Source of the DNA: Candidatus Auribacterota bacterium
GTDB taxonomy: Bacteria > Auribacterota > UBA6266
Direction: 5' to 3'
Length of the DNA stretch: 32,000 nt
Assembly (NCBI GenBank): GCA_023136205.1
Contig: JAGLRQ010000042.1
Location: forward strand, 24,873-56,872
Below, one piece after another: positions 27,558 to 32,000 of the stretch. The position numbers were made by a program, and so were the translations under genes. Positions within the stretch are counted from its first letter, which is position 1. Each line of letters starts with the position of its first letter. Below the pieces are notes generated by a model. It worked only from the letters and a program-made list of their open reading frames with translations. It had not been told where the DNA came from and made no database searches.

Positions 27558-27691
27558 AACAACCTCCTTTCAATTTATTCAATTAAACCGCTTTTCACCC
27601 CAGACTTTTGAAGGAATTACCCGAATTTATACTTCTATAGCAGGCCCCTATCCGTTATAAAATTTAACCGTGTTTGTAATAAGGAATAGGG

Positions 27692-28108
27692 TCAATTTAT
27701 AATGATATGAAAGGCTTTTTCCTTAACCGGCTTTATACCTTCCTCCCATGGGCGTACATACTTTAGACAGATGGTTGTACTGCCTGGTTTTAACGCTTTA
27801 AATACAAATATTTCCTTCCCGCCGGCCCCGGCCATATTAGTTTCAGGAGCTATATATTCCGTTTTCTGTAATTTAACCAGCTTTCTGTCTATCGCTTTTT
27901 CAAGCTCCCAGTGATAGCCTGTAGTGGGATTAGAATCAAGAGAAATTGAAAAAGTTTTCCCGGATTTTACATTAATCTTCTCATATTGCTGTTCAAGTGG
28001 AAATTTATCTGTTATATCCTTTACATCACAGAGTATGATTCTCGTTGCAAACAAGTTCGCACACACCAGAAACAGAATGAAAAATAACATATATTTTTTC
28101 ATCACCAA
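27692..28108 (-). CDS. chagasin-family (I42) cysteine-peptidase inhibitor, exported
   Basis: 138-aa ORF with a probable ATG start at 28102. Signal peptide KKYMLFFILFLVCANLFA. All three chagasin loop motifs are present: NPTTGYHW, GAGGKEIFVF (GxGG) and RPW. Confidence 0.85.
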   Translation of the reverse strand: MVMKKYMLFFILFLVCANLFATRIILCDVKDITDKFPLEQQYEKINVKSGKTFSISLDSNPTTGYHWELEKAIDRKLVKLQKTEYIAPETNMAGAGGKEIFVFKALKPGSTTICLKYVRPWEEGIKPVKEKAFHIIIN

Positions 28109-28126
28109 TCACTTTTTAAAAAGATT

Positions 28127-29941
28127 TCATAAGCCTTCAAGGACAGCCCGGATTCTCCTGATACCCGCGGATGAACTCTGCTCTTTCGTGATTTTGAATC
28201 TGCCAAGCTCTTTTGTATTGGATACGTGAGGGCCGGCACAAATTTCCTTTGAGAAATCCCCGATTGAATATACCGTTACCTTTTCTCCGTATCTGTCACC
28301 AAACAAACCTATGGCTTCCTGTTTAGCTGCTTCGGCAGGAGTCATCTCTTTGCGTTTCACATCCATACCTTTTTCTATTGCGGTATTAACCAATTCTTCA
28401 ACTTTCTTTATTTGCATATCGGAAAGTTTATCAGGGTGTGAAAAATCAAAGCGCAGTCTTTCAGAGGTAATATTGCTCCCTCTCTGCTGTACATGTTTTC
28501 CAAGGATAATTCTTAATGCCTGATGAAGAAGATGCGTTGCGGTGTGGAAGCGGATAACCTTTTCTGAGTCGTCTTCAAGCCCGCCTTTAAATTTTTTTTC
28601 AGCTCCGATTCTTGACTTTTTCTGATGTTCCTGAAAACATTTATTAAAACCCTTATGATCAACTTCCAAACCTTTCTCCTCCGCAAGCTCATCTGTCATC
28701 TCAAGTGGGAAACCATAAGTGTCATAAAGTTTAAAAGCATGTTTGCCGGATATAATACTGATTTTTTTACCCGTTGCCTCAAAAGCCTTTTCATATCCTT
28801 TTACCGTTTTGTCAAACTCTTTTAATCCCTGGGTAATAGTTTTATTAAACCTGTCCTCTTCAGCCGAGAGCTCGGAAAGGATAAACAGTTTGTTCTTTTC
28901 AAGCTCCTTCCATGGATCTTTCATTACACCTATCACAACTTCCGCAAGCTCTGAACAGAACTTTTTATTAACTCCCATAATACGTCCGTGACGGATAATT
29001 CTCCGTATATACTTTCGTAAAACATAACCCTGATCAACATTCGAGGGAACGATAGCCTTATCATCTCCTAGTATAAAAGTTGCCGCGCGTATATGATCGG
29101 CTATAATCCTGAACGATTTTTTACAATCCTGGGTTTCATAAGATTTCCCGGTTAAACCCTCGAGTTTTTTAATAATGGGTTCAAAAAGTTCAATTGTATA
29201 AATATCCGTTTTTCCCTGAAGGACACAGGCAACTCTTTCAAGGCCAAGGCCTGTATCAACATTCTTTTGTTTCAAAGGTTCATATTTACCGGCAGAGGTC
29301 TTGCCATATTCCATAAAAACATCATTCCATATCTCGAGCCAATTCAACTCATCAGTTTCAGGATTGCTCTGCGGAGGCGGTTCCTCTTCGCTGCCGACAT
29401 AAAAGAACATTTCTGTATCCGGCCCGCACGGCCCGACATTACCGGCAGGCCCCCACCAGTTTTTATCTTTAGGCAATGCCGCAATGCGGTCTTCACAAAC
29501 ACCAACACGAATCCAGATGTCTTTCGATTCCTTGTCAAATGGAGCATCTCCGTCACCTTTAAAAATTGAAATAGCAATTTTGTTTTTATCCAGAGCAAGC
29601 CATTTTTCATCAGTCAAAAATTCCCAGCTCATTTTTATCGCTTCTTCTTTAAAATAATCTCCAAGTGACCAATTGCCCAGCATTTCAAAAAACGTTGTAT
29701 GGCTTTCATCACCTACTTCTTCTATATCCTGAGTCCTTATACACTTCTGGCAATTTACAAGGCGGTTGCCCATAGGATGTTTTTGCTGGCCGGTAAGGTA
29801 CGGAACAAGAGGATGCATGCCTGCAGTTGTGAAAAGAACTGTTGGATCATTTTCAGGAATTAAAGAAGCCGATGGAATTTCTTTATGGCCTCTGGTTTTG
29901 AAAAATTCAATGTAAAGGCGGCGTAATTCTTCTGCTTTCAT
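28127..29941 (-). CDS. alaS: alanine--tRNA ligase, short form (catalytic, tRNA-recognition and editing domains; no C-Ala domain)
   Basis: 604-aa ORF. FTTAGMHP, RTQDIEEVG...HTTFFEMLGNWSLGDY and GLGLER class-II motifs. Editing-domain zinc motifs HTATHLLH and CAGPH. The protein ends about 40 residues after CAGPH. Confidence 0.93.
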   Translation of the reverse strand: MKAEELRRLYIEFFKTRGHKEIPSASLIPENDPTVLFTTAGMHPLVPYLTGQQKHPMGNRLVNCQKCIRTQDIEEVGDESHTTFFEMLGNWSLGDYFKEEAIKMSWEFLTDEKWLALDKNKIAISIFKGDGDAPFDKESKDIWIRVGVCEDRIAALPKDKNWWGPAGNVGPCGPDTEMFFYVGSEEEPPPQSNPETDELNWLEIWNDVFMEYGKTSAGKYEPLKQKNVDTGLGLERVACVLQGKTDIYTIELFEPIIKKLEGLTGKSYETQDCKKSFRIIADHIRAATFILGDDKAIVPSNVDQGYVLRKYIRRIIRHGRIMGVNKKFCSELAEVVIGVMKDPWKELEKNKLFILSELSAEEDRFNKTITQGLKEFDKTVKGYEKAFEATGKKISIISGKHAFKLYDTYGFPLEMTDELAEEKGLEVDHKGFNKCFQEHQKKSRIGAEKKFKGGLEDDSEKVIRFHTATHLLHQALRIILGKHVQQRGSNITSERLRFDFSHPDKLSDMQIKKVEELVNTAIEKGMDVKRKEMTPAEAAKQEAIGLFGDRYGEKVTVYSIGDFSKEICAGPHVSNTKELGRFKITKEQSSSAGIRRIRAVLEGL

Positions 29942-30002
29942 TTTATGCTACTTTTCTCTTTTTTTTAGGTAACAACAAAACATTAATAAATAATTTATAA
30001 TT

Positions 30003-30114
30003 CAGCCACAGAGAATCAGAGTCACTGAGCTCACAGGATTGGCTTAAAATATTCTCTTATATAATAATATATCTTATTATAATTTCTCTCCGCGTCTCGG
30101 TGTCTCTGTGGCAG
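30003..30114. repeat. MITE-like inverted-repeat element in the recA-alaS spacer
   Basis: Perfect 10-bp termini GCCACAGAGA (30005-30014) / TCTCTGTGGC (30103-30112). These extend to ~25-bp imperfect inverted repeats flanking an AT-rich core. The right arm TTCTCTCCGCGTCTCGGTGTCTCTGTGGCA is related to 24128-24155. Confidence 0.7.
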
Positions 30115-30146
30115 ATATTCTTTTTCTTGTTTCATTTTTTTGTCTA

Positions 30147-31175
30147 TTATTTCAAACCAGATTTTTTCTTGATCTCCGCAACAATCTTTTTCCTCATTTT
30201 TTCATTTTCTTTCATTTCCCGGACAGCAGAATCACGCCCCTGTCCTAACTTTCCTCCTTCAAAGAAAAACCACGAGCCTTTCTTTTCAACAATATCAAGT
30301 TTTATGCCTGCATCTACAATTGACCCCGTCCTCGATATTCCTTCATTAAACATAATGTCAAATTCCCCAGTCCTGAACGGAGGAGCAACTTTATTCTTAA
30401 CCACTTTAACTCTCACTCTGTTTCCAATGTTCTCTCCAGCCGTATTTTTAATCGCACTGATTCTTCTGATATCAAGCCTGACAGAAGAATAAAACTTAAG
30501 AGCATTCCCACCGGGTGTTGTTTCCGGACTCCCAAACATCACCCCTATTTTCATTCTTATCTGGTTAATAAAAAGACAACATGTCTTTGATTTTGAAATC
30601 ACAGATGTAAGCTTTCTTAAAGCCTGGCTCATAAGGCGAGCCTGAAGTCCGATGTGTGAATCCCCCATTTCGCCCTGTATTTCCGCCCGGGGAACCAGGG
30701 CTGCAACAGAATCAATAACTATAACATCAACAGCACTACTTCTTACAAGCAACTCAGCGATTGAGAGCGCTTCTTCTCCCGAATCAGGCTGTGAAACCAG
30801 AAGATCCTGAAGGTTAACCCCAAGCTTTTTCGCATATGCAGGATCCATAGCATGCTCCGCATCAATAAAAGCAGCAACACCGCCGGCTCTCTGAGCATTA
30901 GCAACCACACTAAGCGCAAGGGTCGTCTTTCCGGAAGACTCCGGGCCGAAAAGCTCCACAACTCTTCCCCTGGGAAGGCCTCCGATTCCAAGCGCTACAT
31001 CAAGAGTTAAAGCGCCTGTTGATATATACGGAATATTAATATGAGCTGACTCGTCGCCAAGCCTCATTATCGCCCCCTGTCCAAATTGCTTTTCTATCTG
31101 CGTTATCGCCATGTCAAGCATTTTCGATTTCCCTTCACCTTCTTTTTCCGTTATCTTAGCTATTTTTGCAGCCAT
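30147..31175 (-). CDS. recA: recombinase A
   Basis: ORF 30147..31190. ATG at 31175 follows GGAGG by 6 nt ([10 protein letters not shown]...). [12 protein letters not shown] Walker A, FIDAEHA and the L1/L2 loop regions are present. Confidence 0.97.
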   Translation of the reverse strand: MAAKIAKITEKEGEGKSKMLDMAITQIEKQFGQGAIMRLGDESAHINIPYISTGALTLDVALGIGGLPRGRVVELFGPESSGKTTLALSVVANAQRAGGVAAFIDAEHAMDPAYAKKLGVNLQDLLVSQPDSGEEALSIAELLVRSSAVDVIVIDSVAALVPRAEIQGEMGDSHIGLQARLMSQALRKLTSVISKSKTCCLFINQIRMKIGVMFGSPETTPGGNALKFYSSVRLDIRRISAIKNTAGENIGNRVRVKVVKNKVAPPFRTGEFDIMFNEGISRTGSIVDAGIKLDIVEKKGSWFFFEGGKLGQGRDSAVREMKENEKMRKKIVAEIKKKSGLK

Positions 31176-31209
31176 GTTTAGCCTCCACACTTAGTTATTT
31201 GGTAAACAA

Positions 31210-31791
31210 CTATAAAATCGCATCATATAATTTCGTATATATCGGTCCGTCAGGAGTTAAATCACTGGAGAAAAATGATAACATCTCAGCTTCAAAAAAA
31301 GCAACTGGTGAATTATCCATTTTTTCTAAAGCCTCAACAATACCATCAGTTCTCTTTTTACATCTTCCGATCGTAAGGTGAGGGAAAAACTCTCTTTTTT
31401 CCCTTTCAAAACCATACACCTCGGAAATTTCTTCAATAACGTTATTAAGTTCTGCCAATTCCTCTTTCCCCTTATCCACTCCTATTAAGATCACCCTTGG
31501 AGAAATTTTTGATCCAAGATAACCAAAATGCCCGAAACTTAGCTCAAACTTCCCAAATCCTTTTACCCCCTTTCTAATATCATCGGACAATTTATTAATC
31601 TCTTCTTCTTCAACATTCCCATAGAACTTCAGGGTCAAATGCTGGTTTACAGGAGAAACCCACCTAACATTTTTAAACTTATATCTCAGGGGCTGGACAA
31701 ACGGCGTTATCTTATCTTTCACCTTATCAGGCAAATTTACAGCGAGGAAAGACCTTAAACTGCTCATATAAAATTTACTCTCTTCATTCAA
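31210..31791 (-). CDS. thpR: RNA 2',3'-cyclic phosphodiesterase (2H family, ThpR/LigT)
   Basis: 193-aa ORF. Two H-x-T/S-x motifs (QHLTLKF and PHLTIGR) at the spacing expected for 2H phosphoesterases. The start is either TTG at 31791, overlapping the cinA stop, or ATG at 31767. Confidence 0.85.
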   Translation of the reverse strand: MNEESKFYMSSLRSFLAVNLPDKVKDKITPFVQPLRYKFKNVRWVSPVNQHLTLKFYGNVEEEEINKLSDDIRKGVKGFGKFELSFGHFGYLGSKISPRVILIGVDKGKEELAELNNVIEEISEVYGFEREKREFFPHLTIGRCKKRTDGIVEALEKMDNSPVAFFEAEMLSFFSSDLTPDGPIYTKLYDAIL

Positions 31792-32000
31792 TCAACAGAT
31801 ACCTGCGAAGAAGATCTAATGCTGACCGACAAGCCCTTTCTCTTACCTGTTCTCTATTGGTACCGGTAAACTTAAATTCTTCAGTTCTGCTTATAAACCC
31901 GTCATCCAACGCGACATAAACCAATCCAACAGGTTTTTCTTCAGAACCGCCTCCCGGGCCGGCTATTCCGGTAATACCTATGGCAATATCCGAAGTAGAT
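31784..32000 (-). CDS. cinA: CinA-family nicotinamide-nucleotide amidohydrolase (PncC domain), C-terminal ~71 codons; 5' part outside the window
   Basis: Hand translation of the minus strand: ...[82 protein letters not shown]...KPVG.VY is the CinA C-terminal signature. TGA stop at 31786-31784. Confidence 0.85.
   Translation of the reverse strand, partial: STSDIAIGITGIAGPGGGSEEKPVGLVYVALDDGFISRTEEFKFTGTNREQVRERACRSALDLLRRYLLIE

Noticed and set aside
27558-27691. Imperfect hairpin CCCTATTCC...GGATAGGG after the chagasin-like gene as a terminator
   Set aside because: The stem is only 8 bp with a bulge, the loop is ~29 nt and no U-tract follows. The support is too weak to call.

Overview
Low-GC bacterial chromosomal window (roughly 40% G+C by eye; taxon not determinable from sequence alone). 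Two gene blocks converge on a 974-bp non-coding region (2554-3527).

Left block: a diverging partial sugar nucleotidyltransferase on the minus strand, then three + strand genes: an orphan sugar-type ABC substrate-binding lipoprotein, a Cys-rich mini-protein and an exported hypothetical.

Right block: 28.5 kb entirely on the minus strand, tightly packed. In order of transcription: cinA(partial)-thpR-recA; a short alaS, a chagasin-like inhibitor and an SPFH protein ending in a strong terminator; then hisD-C-B-H-A-F-I, trpE-G, a patatin-like lipase, trpD-C-F-B-A, manC-like, ruvX, U32 peptidase, M16 peptidase, rpe, lepA, lepB, a response-regulator GGDEF protein and a second GGDEF protein.

The convergence region is the most interesting part. 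It holds (i) a near-canonical 28-bp XerCD dif site at 2799-2826, implying the replication terminus; (ii) directly abutting it, three decaying ~150-170-bp modules built from at least ten copies of the dif XerC-arm 11-mer in both orientations, forming long hairpins; (iii) four direct DnaA-box-like 9-mers about 65 bp from dif; and (iv) a pyrimidine-rich island of about 60% G+C with a TTGACA promoter-like element, mutually exclusive GC stems and a T-tract. This island is a candidate sRNA or attenuator pointing antisense into the terminal GGDEF gene.

Secondary observations:
- Two families of dispersed intergenic repeats sit in the only sizeable gaps of the his and trp operons and in the recA-alaS spacer.
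- A patatin-like lipase is embedded in the trp operon.
- The AlaRS lacks the C-Ala domain.
- The two GGDEF proteins are tandem, and one has an SGDEY active-site variant.

All product calls rest on motifs I could read in the supplied translations. No database search was possible.
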